Below, in pieces: positions 36,721 to 50,144 of a stretch of 64,000 bases of DNA (positions within the stretch are counted from its first letter, which is position 1; the number at the start of each line of letters is the position of its first letter). The stretch spans positions 19,840,001 through 19,904,000 of the forward strand of contig CM069152.1 of assembly GCA_035221665.1 (NCBI GenBank), in the 5' to 3' direction. The position numbers and the translations under genes are program-made. The notes under the pieces are model-generated. The model saw only the letters and a program-made list of their open reading frames with translations, was not told the DNA's origin and searched no databases. Source of the stretch: Okamejei kenojei (taxonomy: Eukaryota).

Positions 36721-37354
36721 ATTATGGAGCGATACTGATCTAAATGCCTGTCATTTCTGCAGAGAAGCTTTACAATTCAGTCAATTAGCTGGAAAAACCA
36801 TGTCGCTCAAGATATAGTTTAAAAGCCTTGAAGGAAAGCTTTCCAATTTAATGAGGTGCAGCTGGTAGAGATATCAATACTTTGAATCCAAAGTTTAGCT
36901 GCAAGCCATGATTTGAAAGCCACATATGATAAGATACAGAATGCATAGGGGAAGGAGGGATAAAGCAAGCCCCAGGACTGCAGCACTGTTTCCCAGTGAT
37001 AGTGCCCTGTGCTGTCAGGCTCCGGGGGGGGGGGGGGGGGGGGGAGCAGCCTGACAACCGTAAAATATTTTTTACCTTTTTACCCAAAGCAAACTGCCCC
37101 TCACAGCTCCATCGCCCCTCCTGCACTAAGCTGGTAAAGAGGAAGTGAAATCTATAGATCAGGAGTGAGACCTCGCGGCGAGTCTACTTTTGCACACATT
37201 TGGGAGCAACTTAAGACCTTGGAGATGGTACACTGAATAGTAATGCCTGCTCCATTCCTGTGGAAAGACTTGGAGTTTGGGAGGTTAACTTACTCTATGA
37301 TAATTAAGAGAGTTACAAGATTATTGAGGAGACTATTTGTTACATAGGTGCAAA

Positions 37355-37560
37355 AATATAAGAGGAGCTGGAGACAACCAGAAAGTCAGGTAGCATCTGT
37401 GGAGGGAAATGGACAGTCACATTGAAGCCCTTCGTTTAGAACTTCATAAAGGGTCCCGACCCGAAATGCTAACTATCCATTTCCCTCCAGAAATGCTGCC
37501 TGTTTCGTTGCTCTCCTCTCTGTAGCTACCGGTTTTAGCATCCCCAGTCTCCCGGGTCTC
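37355..37560. mobile_element. Older fold-back PLE-derived insertion
   Basis: AGCATCTGTGGAGGGAAATGGACAG pairs with CTATCCATTTCCCTCCAGAAATGCT; centre AAGGGTCCCGACCCGAAA. Confidence 0.65.
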
Positions 37561-37749
37561 TGTTTTCACACAGGAGATTGCTCTAACCTAAATTCTCAGA
37601 AAGGGCAGCGAAAGCAGATTCATAAGTAAAGTTAGTTAATAAATACCTGAAAAGAAAATGGTCGGCTTGTTTGGTAAATTAGATCGCATGGAAACCAGAA
37701 TGAGCTAGATGGATAGGGGAGGACATTGTTCTGCAATAAGAGAATTCAT

Positions 37750-38105
37750 GTCTGAGGGGTGACATTACTGAGGTGTTCAAGATCGTGAAAGACAGCCTTT
37801 TTTCCTCATGGCAGATATTTTTTAAACTAGAGAAATAGGCTTATTGAGAAAGGGGAGAGATTTAAGGGGGACATCAAGGGCAACCTTTACACTGAGAGTG
37901 GTCTGTATTTAGAAAAGCCTGCCAGAGGAAGACATCGAAGTGGATGCTGTTACACTGTTAAAAGATATTTGATATTGGATAGGAAGGGTTTAGAAGGCAC
38001 TGATTGGGCAAATGCAGGAAAATGGGACTATCCCAGTACGCCAACTTCATTGGCATGGACATGGTGAGTCAAGGGCCTGTTTCCGTGCTGTAACGCTCTA
38101 TGACT
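37750..38105 (+). mobile_element. CR1/HER1 LINE 3' end
   Basis: CTGAGGGGTGACATTACTGAGGTGTTCAAGATC (LRGDITEVFKI) and tail AGGGCCTGTTTCCGTGCTGTAACGCTCTATGAC. Confidence 0.8.
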
Positions 38106-38429
38106 TGGTGGTGAACTCCTGGTTCTAGACTCCCTCAGCTGGAGGAGACATCCATTCGCCCTTAAAACCCTGTGAAATGGACTGAACAACTGCAAAGAAC
38201 CAATAGAGACACTCTAGTCTGGCATCAGGATAATGAAAGGACGATGTCTGTGCTTCCTGGACTACCAACCATTTCACAAGGTCACACGGCCCTCAGTCTT
38301 CATAGGTGAACTCAGACTGATTGTTAGCATCTATCCAAACAAGGGTGATATTTATCTGCTCCTTTAGTGCGTGACATTCATGCTTCAATATTGATATTGA
38401 TATTGGAGTTAGTTTATTATTGTATTGAG

Positions 38430-39210
38430 GGTTGTACTCACACCCTGAGTGTGAGCAGTACCACTGTGACTACACTTGAACACACAGTCTGTTTGAATAC
38501 ATGTCTGAACATGCTTCGAGGACTGTCTGTATACACTGTGTGGGCACATGCCTGTACAAGCTCTGTGTGAGTCATGTCTGAATACATTGTGTGTGGATAC
38601 ATGTCTGTACAGACTGTGAGTACATGTTTGTCCAGACTTTGAGGGTATATGTCTGTACATATTCTGTATACGTGTCTGTGCAAACTATATGAATGCATGT
38701 CTGTGCACACTCAGTTTGGGTACATGTTTGTGTGGGTGGGTGAGATAATGTGAGTACACCCCTACACACATACCATGAGCAGCGTGCATGTGTACACTGT
38801 AAATAGTCTGAGGGTGAACAGTGTGAGGGTTAGTACGTTGCTGTACAGTCTGAGTGTGAGCCGTGCGTCCCATTGTTAGTCATTTCCCATACACAAGCAA
38901 TGTAAGTGTGAGCAGATGCATGCACACAGTTTCAGTGTGAACCGTGTGTGGGTGGGCACACATATGTACACTGTGGTTCATCACTTTGTTTGAGTACATA
39001 CATGAACAGCACAGGGGGCCGTAATGCTGCACACACTGAATGAGTGCACTCTTGTGCACATTCTGAGTGTGTGCAGATTGTGTGCACTCTGTGTGTGAGT
39101 ACACTGCTGTACACACTGAGTGAGAGCAGTATGGGTACATACACTCCACATAAACAGTACATGTGAGGATATAGCTGTGCGCTTTCTGTGAGTGGAGTGT
39201 GAATGTGAGT
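38430..39210. repeat. Degenerate TG/CA-rich low-complexity tract
   Basis: Repeating GTACA/CATGT/TGTG/TGAG words; many overlapping spurious ORFs. Confidence 0.75.
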
Positions 39211-40289
39211 ATACGATATGATACGATAAAACTTTATTCATCCCTGGAGGGAATTTGGTGCCTGCATTCACACCCGTAAATATGAAGCAGCTTTGGCTCA
39301 GCCTCAGTATAAAATCTGAATGTCATTCAAGTGTGAATTCAGCTTGAGTGTACGCAGGCTGCAGTCAGCAGCAACCTGCAGGAATAGTCACACATCACTT
39401 GTCACATCGTACCAGCGGCAATGGAAACATACCCAAAGCTCTATCGCTGCACAACAGCATGCACACAATGCATTTCTCCTGCACGACAGTGGGTGCAGAA
39501 CCACTAATATAACTCCCATCCCCTGATTCTATATAATGCATTTGGCTGGTGTTTGAGAGCAACTCTAAAATGAAATGGTGATATGTTTTGCAGATATGAC
39601 GCATGTAATTAAAAATATTCATATGCACTTGAGTTCACCTCATATAGAATTAATTATTTTAAAGTGCATCTCATGATATTATGTAAACAAATGAAATAGC
39701 CATCTTACATCTAGAAGAGCAAATGGAGAACGTGTTATGAATATATTTTGGGATGTTTTGGAGTAAAACGAACCGAAGGCCATTCGGGGCCTTGAGCCTG
39801 TTCTCATCATTAATAACATCTTAAGAGCAGGGATTTGGAATGAGCCTGATGGGCCCATCGAGAACGTGTTGCGTTGAATAGTTTCATGGCTGAATTTCTA
39901 TCTCCAACCCCTTCTCCAATCCCTTGGTCGGTTCCCTTGTTGCCCCGAAGAATCATCCAACATCCATGAAGAGACCCAATGACTTAACCTCAACACTCTG
40001 GGCAGCAGATTCAACATATTCACAGCATGCTACATGGAGATGTGTTTTTATTGCAGCTCGAATTGGCCAACCCATTATCATAAAATTATGACCCTGGTTC
40101 CCGACTCTCTGAGCACTTCCTCTATTTTCACTTCAGAATTTTATAGGATTCAACTCCCGTTCTTCAAAACACTGGAGAATACGCGCCTGTTTCATTTATT
40201 CCTCCCCTCAAAGATTCATGGTGACCTTCTCAAAGGGTCGTTGTAACTGCTCCGAGACACGTTTGGTTGAGAGACCTAGGTTCAGGGAA

Positions 40290-40477
40290 TAGACACATAA
40301 TGTTGAAGAAAAGAAATGGGTGACATTTCGGGTCAAGACCCTTCTTCAGACTGAAGTAGGATCAAAACATCACCGAATCCTTTTCTCCAGAGACGCTGCC
40401 TGACCCACTGAGTTACTCCAGCAATTTTTTAATCTATCTTTGTGTGTAAACCAGTTTCTGCTGTTCTTTCCTACACA
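40290..40477. mobile_element. Fold-back PLE-derived insertion with intact minimal hammerhead core
   Basis: Minus-strand CTGAAGA-A-GGGT-CTTG-ACCC-GAAA-TGTC at 40322-40349. 13-bp TSD TAG(G/A)TTCAGGGAA at 40277-40289 and 40478-40490. Confidence 0.8.
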
Positions 40478-40959
40478 TAGATTCAGGGAACGGTCTTGTA
40501 AATGCCCTTTGTAGCTACAACTGACCGTGCTACACCTGTATATGGAGTAGGCCATTTTACTAATTCACTGTGCTCTGCCATTCAGCAACATTGTGGCTGA
40601 TCAATTCTCAGTCTTAGGATTTTATCTGCCCTCAGGGTTGCATGCATGCACCATGATATTCTCCTACTCGTTCCACATCCATAACACTGCCAGATATCAC
40701 CCCTGCCTCAGCTGAGACCTTGGGCCACCTAGTCCATTCACACCTGGCTGACTCAGCTACCTCTGTCCAAATTCCAAGAGCACTTCAAGGTGGCCGCTGA
40801 TCTCCATTGGCTCTCAGTTAAGCAACACCTTAATTTTAAACTTCTCATGAAGAAGTTCCAACTCTGGCCTTATCCACCCCACCACTACCTCAGTGTGTCC
40901 TCAAGCCTACAACCCTACGATAGATCGGTTCTTCTCCGGGTCTGGGTTCCTGACAATTG

Positions 40960-41420
40960 ATGTAACCTTTGCATGTGAAAATCTAGTAAATGGAAAATGA
41001 GGCGAGGTCACACTTGTCGGTGAAAGGAATGAAAAGGCACATAATTCTCTAAATGGAGAGGGACTGCAAACGAGTGAGGGTCAGAGGAACATCGGTAATT
41101 ACCGACATGAATCACCAAAAGTTAGCAGGCAGATCTAACAAATAATGAAAAGAGCAAACAGCATGTTAGTTTTTATTGTAAAGGGGTTAGTGTTAAAGGG
41201 AGGTTTTGCGATGGTTGTGAGGGTGTTGATGGAGCCATAACTGTAACCTGTGCAAACCTTTGGTCCCCTTCCCTAAAAAAGAATAGTGTAGCATTGGAGG
41301 TAGTCCAAAGGGGATTCAACCGGCTGATTCTTGAGATGAGAGAGTACTTCTATCAAGAGAGACTGGATAGTTTGAGTCTGTGTTCCTTGGTAAACTGGCA
41401 CGGAAGAGGCCTGAGAGGAC
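40960..41420 (+). mobile_element. CR1 LINE ORF2 fragment
   Basis: Decayed CR1 thumb-region motifs (KCEV.H, KRANSML.FI, ALEVVQRGF.RLI). Confidence 0.65.
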
Positions 41421-42364
41421 AGTGGTCTACTGCTATTCCGCTTTTCTTGTGTTCATAGAATTTTTCCACTTTAACCATTGTACGCCTCTTTTTTCCTTTG
41501 AGAAATTCCTTCAGACTTACCTCCTGGAACGTTGGGTCATTAGAAATAGCAGGAGTGTGCCAAAGGAACCACTTCACCTGTTAACATTATGGTTGATCTC
41601 CTACTTCATAAGCACCACCTACCTGCCTTATTCCCATGTTCATTGATTCCCTTTGGAGCCAAAAAACAGTTGAACGTATTCAATGGCTGAGCCTCAGCAT
41701 TGCCCAATCTTTCACGTATTTATCCATCTTAAATATAGCTCATGATTAGCCTTCACCACCCTCTGGAGAGAGAATTCTAGGGAATCACCCCTCTGAGAGA
41801 TTAAATTTCTGCGTACCTCTGTCTCAAATGACCATCCCTTTATTGTTTAGCTGTGTTTCCTTATACATGACTCTTGTACTTGTGAAAATATCTCGGTCCT
41901 TCGAGCCAGCACCGCCATTCAATATGATCGGCTACACTGACAAAGCCGATGGTAGCAGCGAGATCAGAGCGTGGTCGGGATCGTGTGGATCTTTGATGAT
42001 ATCAGCGACATGTTTGAGGTATTGCTTCATGTAGAGCACTTTAATATTGGGTAGGGATCAGGGTCAGGAGTGAACACGACGCCGTAGCAGTGGGCCAGTA
42101 AGCCTGGTCCCTATTAATTGCTGTGGTCAGCCCCACACTCCAGCTCATTGGGAATAGCCTGGATTTTACCTTGCATACCATCTGATGTCATGCCCTGAAA
42201 ACTTTCTGTGTCATGCACAGGAAGGAGCTCAAACCAATGTTGTAGACAACAGACAATAGGTGCAGGAGTAGGCCATTTGGCCCTTGGAGCCAGCATTGCC
42301 ATTCACTGTGATCATGGCTGATCATCAACAATCAGTACCTCGTTCCTGCCTTCTCCCCTGACTC

Positions 42365-42404
<40 letters not shown>

Positions 42405-42779
42405 CTTCGTTCATTACCCTCCCTCAACATCCCTGATTGTATATAGTAATTAGCTTTTAGTTTAAATTACCCTGCATAGCACAGGCACGTGAGGAAATGC
42501 TTCCTGGCCCAGGTTAAATTTTTAAACGCTAAGCAACTCAAAAAGGTTATCAGAAGTAAGGAAGAAAGAAGCAAAGAAGAATGTGCTCTTTGTGAAACCG
42601 AGAATGTTGACATGTGGCCATAACAAGGAATTAGGAAGGAAACTGGCGCAGTACTTTGACCTGTACAAGAGTAAGCATACATTTACAAAGCTTTAATGAG
42701 AACCACATTTGGAGAGTTGAATGTAGTTTTGGCCATTATATTTATAGATTAGCAACACACATTTGATTCATGGCTTTGG

Positions 42780-43520
42780 GGAGAGGTCTTACCAGAAGAA
42801 GCCACGGAGAGTGATGTCATTGGGATTCACTCCTGACACCGATCCTTACCCACCATTAAAGTGATCTACATGAAGCAATACCTCCAACGTGTCGCTGATA
42901 TCATCAAAGATCCACACTATTCCGACCACGCTCTGATCTCGCTGCTACCATTGAGAAGAAGGTACAGGAGGCTCAAGGCCATAAAATCCAGGTTTAACAG
43001 CTTCTTCCCATCACCCAACAGGCTAAAGTAATTTACTTTAGAAATACAGTGCAGAACCAGGCCCTTGGATCCACCGAGTCCTCACTGACTAGCGATCACC
43101 CCATACACTAGCACTATCCTACACAGCAGGGACAATTGACCATTTTACCAAAGCCAATCAATCTACAAACCTGTACGGACGGCACCTGTGGTCAGGATTG
43201 AACCCAAGTCTCCGGGACTGTCAGGCAGTGATGCTACTGCAGCACCACAGCACCACCCACAATGTTCTTGAATCACCCTGCACAGCTCTAAGCACAATCC
43301 TACCTCCGCATTTTACTACTTTAGAGTTTGTTTAGGTTGCACTCTTTACTTTGGCTTGACTATTATGGTCTGGCTACATGGAATAACTGATAATTGATTG
43401 TATTATTTTTTACTGTATCTTTATTTGTTGCGTTGTTACATTTAATGTGCTTGTGAAGCTGCACCAATTAAGAATTTCATTGATCCAGTCTTGATGCATT
43501 TGACGATTTAATACTTTTGA
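42780..43520 (+). mobile_element. Rex1-like LINE 3' fragment interrupted by a minus-strand HE1-like SINE (43030-43258)
   Basis: DIIKDPHYSDHALISLLPLRRRYRRLKA..SRF resembles the Rex1 C-terminus; the 3' UTR resumes after the SINE. Confidence 0.7.
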
Positions 43521-45159
43521 CTCTCTTGGCTCTCAACTCCCTGCAGATGCTGTCAGGGTCTCCCCTCGACGTCCCACTCCACCTCTCAAACACAAATCCT
43601 TGCATCTTCCAACTCCACCCATCCATGCCCAAGCCCCCACATGACACCTCCCAAACCCTGCCTGACCCTCTCATTACACCACATGATCTTTCTCCAACAC
43701 CACCTGTCACCTCCCTTCACCTTTCAACCCCTGTCTGATCATTCCACCAAATTACCTGGTCCAATGCTCCTCTTCTCCTGACCCCTCCCCTCATTCACCT
43801 CCCGATCCCAGCCCAACCCTTCCACCATGTCACCTGATGCATGCCCACCTCCTGACCCCTCCGTTTATATCACATAATTTCCAGCATCCCCCCCCACCCC
43901 CACATTATCTATTCCATGCCCAGCCCCCCTCAACCTCCTCGCTCTAGCCCAATCACCAAATTCTTGTCCAGTCCTCCCACCATAGCCCTGTTATCAGACC
44001 TTGACCTCCCATCAGACCACTCGATCCATGCTCCACTCCAGTCCGCACCACTGGATCAATCATGGGCCCTGAAATCAATCTTAAATCTCCATTTCCAGTC
44101 ATTTGAGCTTCTGCCCCATGTTTTGGCTATGTCCAGGTTCCATCCACACCCTTGAGATCCTGAGAAGTTGGCTCTTAAGCCAAGCTATTGGCTGAAATCT
44201 CTAAAATGTTAGCGCTTTTTTCATTCAATAATGCTCCCAAGAAACCCCGGAGACATCTTAAAAGGTTAGCGATCTCTAAATGTTGTTGTCATTGAGAAAG
44301 TCCTGAATTTCTTTCATCTTGTCTGACCTAAGCTTTCTAATGCATGTGAGAAGAACATTGGTCGAGATCTTACGACAAATACCCCTGGACCTCTTGCAGT
44401 AGATGTTGGGTGATTTCGCCAAAGCACTTGAATTGGTGTGCAGCACCTCAGGTTGAAGTTGCAGCCAAAGTATGATGTCTATGCCAGTCCTTTATTTATC
44501 AGTTGATCAATAGGACCTTTGCACTTTGTTGGAACTGAGCAAATTGTGAGAAGCATGGAGTTTAGAAGGCAGAGGGGACAGTGATGATGATCTTACATCT
44601 GAACAATCGCTCAGTGATTCTCTTCCTCTCTTGCTACTACAGGTGAAGATGAGCAGTATCCTGCCTTGGTCTTACTTCAGTGAGATTGGAAACTCTTCAA
44701 AAAGACAGCTAGCTCTGTGGATCTGAGGTAAGAGTTCTATCTCCCAACGACAATGCACATTGTTCAATATCTTTTACAGTTTGATTTACAAAAGACATCC
44801 TTTCGTCAGTTCCTCAGGGGTTGCAAGTCACATTGTCCACTATTTACACCTTTTAAACAATTTGAAAAGAACTGGGCAAGGAGTAACAGTTGAGATTTGT
44901 CACAATTTTAGTTAATGTTGGGCTGATTCTGAAAAGGTTTCATCTCCCAAATCCTTTAGAAAAGCCATAATTTTTGCTTTATTGTGCAAAGCAGGATCTT
45001 TGAGAGCATATCTATTTATGCAGTGATCTAAAGGCTAACATTATTCACACTAAAAGCATTTGCCTGCAGGCTTTTAAATCGTTCCCTACACTGGAAAATA
45101 TCATATTTACGAGTTTATGTGGAGAAGCTTTGAAAGAAATACCATTTAAAAACTCTCCA

Positions 45160-45372
45160 ATTTGTTCTCCCGCTCTCTCCCTGTCTCCATCTTCTACTCT
45201 TGTGTTCTCTCCTTATCTTTTCCATACCTCCGCCCCCTCGATCTGTACCACCTCTCTCCCTTTCCCTCTCTTTTCCCCTCTATGTCCCTCCTCTCTCCCT
45301 TTTCTCCCCTCCCCTCTATTACTTCTTCCCTCCTTTCTCTCAATCTTTTCCCTCTCCCTCCCCCCTCCCGCT
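45160..45372. repeat. Polypyrimidine (CT-rich) low-complexity tract
   Basis: About 200 nt nearly all C/T. A similar C-rich tract lies at 43560-44050. Confidence 0.75.
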
Positions 45373-47159
45373 AAAAAATGCTGATGTTGTCAGGATTTGA
45401 GTATTTGTACACTTCTCCCTCTTCTCATGGAATTTCTTCCCACTTTGACTCGGATGCTGAAGTCACCAGCATATTCCAACATGTCCCCTTGTCTTTGCCC
45501 AACATCTGCAAACTCATCTTTATCAACTGGGGCTCAGCGACATGACCCCCCTGGGCCAGGAACCGTTGCACAGAACCTGGTGTGGTCACGGGCTGTTTGA
45601 CACTGCGGTATTGCATCTCTCACAAGCTTCCTCACACTCCCTTACAGCTCAACATACTGTCCTTTTTCTTTCCTTCACAATGTATTTATCTGTTGCTCAT
45701 CCCCACCATTACAGCCACTCTCTGGGTAAAGACATTGATCCTCACCTTGGTCCTGGATTTAGAAGCTCATTTCCATTAATGGTCTTTGACCTTTGACTTG
45801 CCACATTTAAAGGATATCTGTTGCTTTCCCTGACTGTCACGGCCACCCCACCATTACATGAACCTCCTCCTCTATTAATTAGCTGAACTAATTCAGTTAG
45901 GGGATCTACTTGAAACCAGCCTGATATGTGCAGCTCTGTAACGGACCTGGGCATTGCATTTACCAACAGAAAGCTGATCAGTTGTTTACTTACCACCTTC
46001 TGAATGAGATAGATTCACCACATCCTGCATCCAAAACCCCTCTCGATATCCATGGTATGTTGAAGCAGGCATTAAGACCTTGCTGAAGTGGTTAATGTGC
46101 AAGCACTTTGAACCATGTACAACTCTTTGTCAGATCTCAGTGGGGCCCAGCTGCTCTCTCATTCCCAACCATATTTTTTTGTAAAATAAATTCCCATCCT
46201 CTGATATCCATTCATGCCTCCTTGTATATTAAACACATACAGTCACCAATATCATTCTGATACATTGCCAGTGATGGTTAGTTTGAACAGAGCCATCAAT
46301 GTTCCACAGCAAGATGGGATCCAGGAATGCCAGTGACAGGGAAGTGTTCAAGTAAAGGAGATTAATATAACTTTACCCTCTGCCCTATCTTCCAGCTAGT
46401 CCAACATCCTTCTCCCCCACAAGTTGATAACCTGACACTTCCCAGTCTGTGGTCCACAGACATAGATTCATCCCCTTCTGTCATTGTGTCCTGCCCAGCT
46501 AGTACACTAGAACACTTCTGGACAGCATTGACTTACAACATGTCTTTTGTTGCTACAGCTGAATGCACAAGCAGTATTAAAAGCCTGGTTAATGATTGCC
46601 CAGTGGTGTCCCAGCCCATAGCCAGATCCCAAAAGGATGGATGGAGCTGCAGGGTGGAGAGGAAGGGCAGCAATCAAAAGCAATAAAGGGTCAGGAAAGA
46701 GGAAGAAAGGTGTGGTGGGTCAGGGAGACACACAACAGCGAGTGACAAAAGCTGAACACCTCGGTGAGGGCAAGTAGGAGGCTCTGGTAGGGAAGTGAGA
46801 TACCAGGAGAAGCTCAAAGGCCAATGAAGGATAAATGAAGGAGCTTGTTTCCCCCTTAGACTGTGTTAAGGCAACATCCTCAACCTACATTTGAACAGTG
46901 GCATAGACTAGCGTAAGCTTGCAAAGCAATACAACCTGAAATAGGTAACTTAACTTGCAGTGTCCATCTGGAAATGTCCACTGCCCAATACCCTGAATAT
47001 ATTGTTTCTTCCTTATATGTTAAAGTATTGACTCCTGCTGTGAAACAATCCCACAGATCTGATAAGTTGCCTCAGCCACATAACTATTCTAAGTAAATGA
47101 TGTCAGCTCTGGAATATGAAAGAGCCAAAACCCTTTCTTAAAAACAATTCTCAGATATG

Positions 47160-48060
47160 CAGAGTAGCAGAAAGTAGGGAATATAAACAATATAATAATC
47201 TTTATTGCTAGAGGGTATGAGTACAGGTTTCCTACCTCAACGATACAGGGCCTTGACCAGACTGTATCTGGGATATTGTGTATTTTATCTTCGTACCCGA
47301 AAATGCTATACCTGTTAGAGGGAGTGTATCAAAGATGAGCTAGACTAGTTCCAGGCTGTCTGATCTGTCATCTGAGGAGAGATTGAGTTGTGATGGACTC
47401 CGTAGAAGAATGGGAAGTTATCTCAATGAAATGCATTCAATGTGGTGGTTGGGAAGCCCAGAGAGCAGTCCTGAACTACTATCCTGGTGACCCTCGGACG
47501 ATCTTTGATCAGACTTTACTGGCTTTAACTTAGCGCTAAACGTTATTCCCTTATCATGTATCTTGTAAATGGCTCGATTGTAATCATGTATTCTCGTTCT
47601 GCTGACTGGTTAGCACACAACAAAAGCTTTTCTCTGTGATAATAAGCTTTTCACTGTGACATGTGGCAATAAACTAACTAAACTGAACTAAGTCCAGAAC
47701 AAGGATCACAGTTTAGCTTGTAGAAGGCTGAAATGAGGAGACATTTTTCACACAAGGATAGTCATCTTTGGAAGGAGGATGTGGGAAGTTATTGATTGCG
47801 TTCTCAACTAAGATCACTATTTCTGGATAATAAAGGAATCAAAGGATTTGGGGATCAAGCAGGAAAGTGGTTCTTGAGGAGGAAGATCAACTATGATAGA
47901 CACAAAATGCTGGAGTAACTCAGCGGGACAGGCAGCATCTCTGGAGAGAAGGAATGGGTGATGATTTAATCCAGCATCTGCCGTTCCTTCCCACACAAGA
48001 TCAGCCATGACCTTGTGAGAGATCAGACCTAGTTTCGAAGGGCCAAATGGCCTACTTTAA
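47160..48060 (+). mobile_element. CR1 3' fragment carrying a nested Rex1-type 3' tail (about 47440-47690) and a short PLE fold-back (47897-47996)
   Basis: CR1-like flanks are collinear across the inserts. Tail CAATAAACTAACTAAACTGAAC. PLE piece flanked by AAGATCAACTATGA and AAGATCAGCCATGA. Confidence 0.65.
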
Positions 48061-48089
48061 AAGACAGTATTTTATTTCTACTCCTTGCC

Positions 48090-48385
48090 TTGATAAAGTG
48101 ATGGAGAGGTAAAACTCAGCCATCCAGTCACATGGACAGAGAAGGCCACCTGGCAACTCACTGTTTTGAGGAACAGTGGGGGGTTGGAGGGGAGTGTTAT
48201 CCTTATTAATTCCTCAAACAATACCCGAAAGGAGATTATCTGGTCATTTTCCTTCCCTGCTTTGCGAGCCTGCTGTGCATAATTTTCTTCCAGCAAAAAT
48301 ATATATTTAAGACCTCTGTTGTCAATAAAGCCAGTTGGATGTGCTCGGGTTTTGGAAGGCACTATATCTGTGCAAGTTCTTGCCT
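48090..48385 (+). mobile_element. Deu-domain SINE 3' remnant
   Basis: GATTATCTGGTCATT...GAGCCTGCTGTGCA...GAAGGCACTATATCTGTGCAAGTT, similar to 7380-7550. Confidence 0.5.
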
Positions 48386-48844
48386 GCGCTTAAGTTAGGA
48401 TAAGGCAAGGAGCACAGACTGAGGAGCCTCACACAGTGTTTCACTGTGGGGTGCAACAACAAATGCGTCCTCACTATTTATTTGGTTTGCTTGGTTCGAC
48501 TGGTTTACCGAGTCCCCTTGCTGTGCTCACGTTTGTAGTCAACAACTGACAGGCTGTGCTGAAACAATCAGGCACTTGATAAGATCGCTTCTTTTGGAAC
48601 AAGATGAAATTGTGTCTTGAAGACGATGGCAATTTAATAAGTTGTCAGTCAGGGCTCGGCCGAAAGTGAGGAGTGAAATACATTAAATTTCACCTTTTAG
48701 ATCTATTTTCTGGAATGGGTTGACACTTTTGATGGTTATGAATTCCAGGTTTCCTTTCCCACATTCCTAATACAGGCAAATGGGATTAGTGTGGATGAGC
48801 AAAAATGTCAGCAAGAACATTATGAGCCAAAAGGCCTGCTTCTC

Positions 48845-49268
48845 TGAAGACAAACACAGCAACTGGAGTAACTCAGCGAGTCAGGCAGCATCTCTGGAGA
48901 AAAGGAATTGGTGACGTTTCGGGTCGAGATCCTTCTTCAGGCTGAGAGTCAGGGGAATGGGAAATGGTATAATAAAATGGTACAAGGAAAAAATGAATGA
49001 AACGTATGCAAAAGTACAAATCAAAGCCAATAATGATAATCAAGGAAAGGTGGAGCCCACAATGGTCAATTGTTGGCTGTGGAGATGGTGACAGCGAGTA
49101 GATACAAACAGTGAAAGTCAGCAGGGCGACAGTGAAACTAGTACAATGACTAGGGCGGGGGAGGGAGGGATGGAGAGAGAGGTAATGCAAGGGTTACTTG
49201 AAGTTAGAGCAATCAATATTTATTCTATTGGGTTATAAACTGCCCAAGCGAAATATGAGGTGCTTTTC
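48845..49268 (-). mobile_element. PLE 3' end with pseudo-LTR
   Basis: End of the endonuclease ORF (HLIFRLGSL) at about 49240-49265, then the 3' UTR and terminal repeat. Confidence 0.8.
48908..48945 (-). ncRNA. Minimal type I hammerhead ribozyme motif (PLE type)
   Basis: CUGAAGA-A-GGAU-CUCG-ACCC-GAAAC-GUC: core complete, palindromic ACGU stem III, one stem II mismatch, very short stem I. Activity is not shown. Confidence 0.6.
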
Positions 49269-50144
49269 TCTGTTGTACAACTCGAACACACAATCTCAGC
49301 CCCTCCCTCTACTTGCTTTATGCTGAGATCACTATTCAACACTCCATCTCTTGCTCTCGCCCTAAAGCCCTCGGGTGATGTCGGCCTACACAGCTTGCAC
49401 GAGGATTGACAGCTCAAGAGTTGTGTTGCCTGACTGACTGATCTTCCCCCCGTTCTTTGCGCTGATCATGTCCCACACTCACCAGCTCCGGATTCCATCT
49501 GTATCTTGCAATTAAAACAAACCACATCTGTGTTATAGCGTTCAAAACAAAACTCAGAAAAATAACCAGACAATTGCACACAAATTATCAACCCACTCAA
49601 GTTTTATGAATAAATGTCAAATATTTACCATGGCAACAGCTCCACAAACTTCATCCTTCACAAAAGCTATTCACTATAAGCTATCTGAAGGGGAAAGCAA
49701 GGGTTAAGGTCACAACACTAATCGCTGTTCTGCATACAGAGAAATAGTGAAGACCTGATTATCAATTACAATGTCGACTGTCCAGTTCCCTCCACAGATG
49801 CTACACGACCCACTGAGTTCCTCTCGCAGATTGTTGTGTTGCTTCAGATTTCGGCAGCAGAAAGCCCTTGTGTCTCTATAAATTATATATACCCTATTTA
49901 TACTCAATAATTATAAATCAGGTTAATTTAGATCTTGGGGTTTGACATCAGCAGGAATGTCAGAATGGAAGTTGTTGTTTAACCCTTCTCTTGAAAAAGA
50001 CTTTGGGGAATGGACTTCAGTGGTTCAATGACATGCTGAAATATATGGAGTAGAGAGCTGAGTGTTCCTTCTTGCCCTCCTAACCAAAAATGTTGAAGAG
50101 GGCAAAGCCATAGACATTTGTCTATATGGACCAGGCTGCTCAGG

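Noticed and set aside
44581-44726. GTGATGA...CTGA C/D box arrangement
   Set aside because: No terminal stem and no recognisable rRNA-complementary guide.
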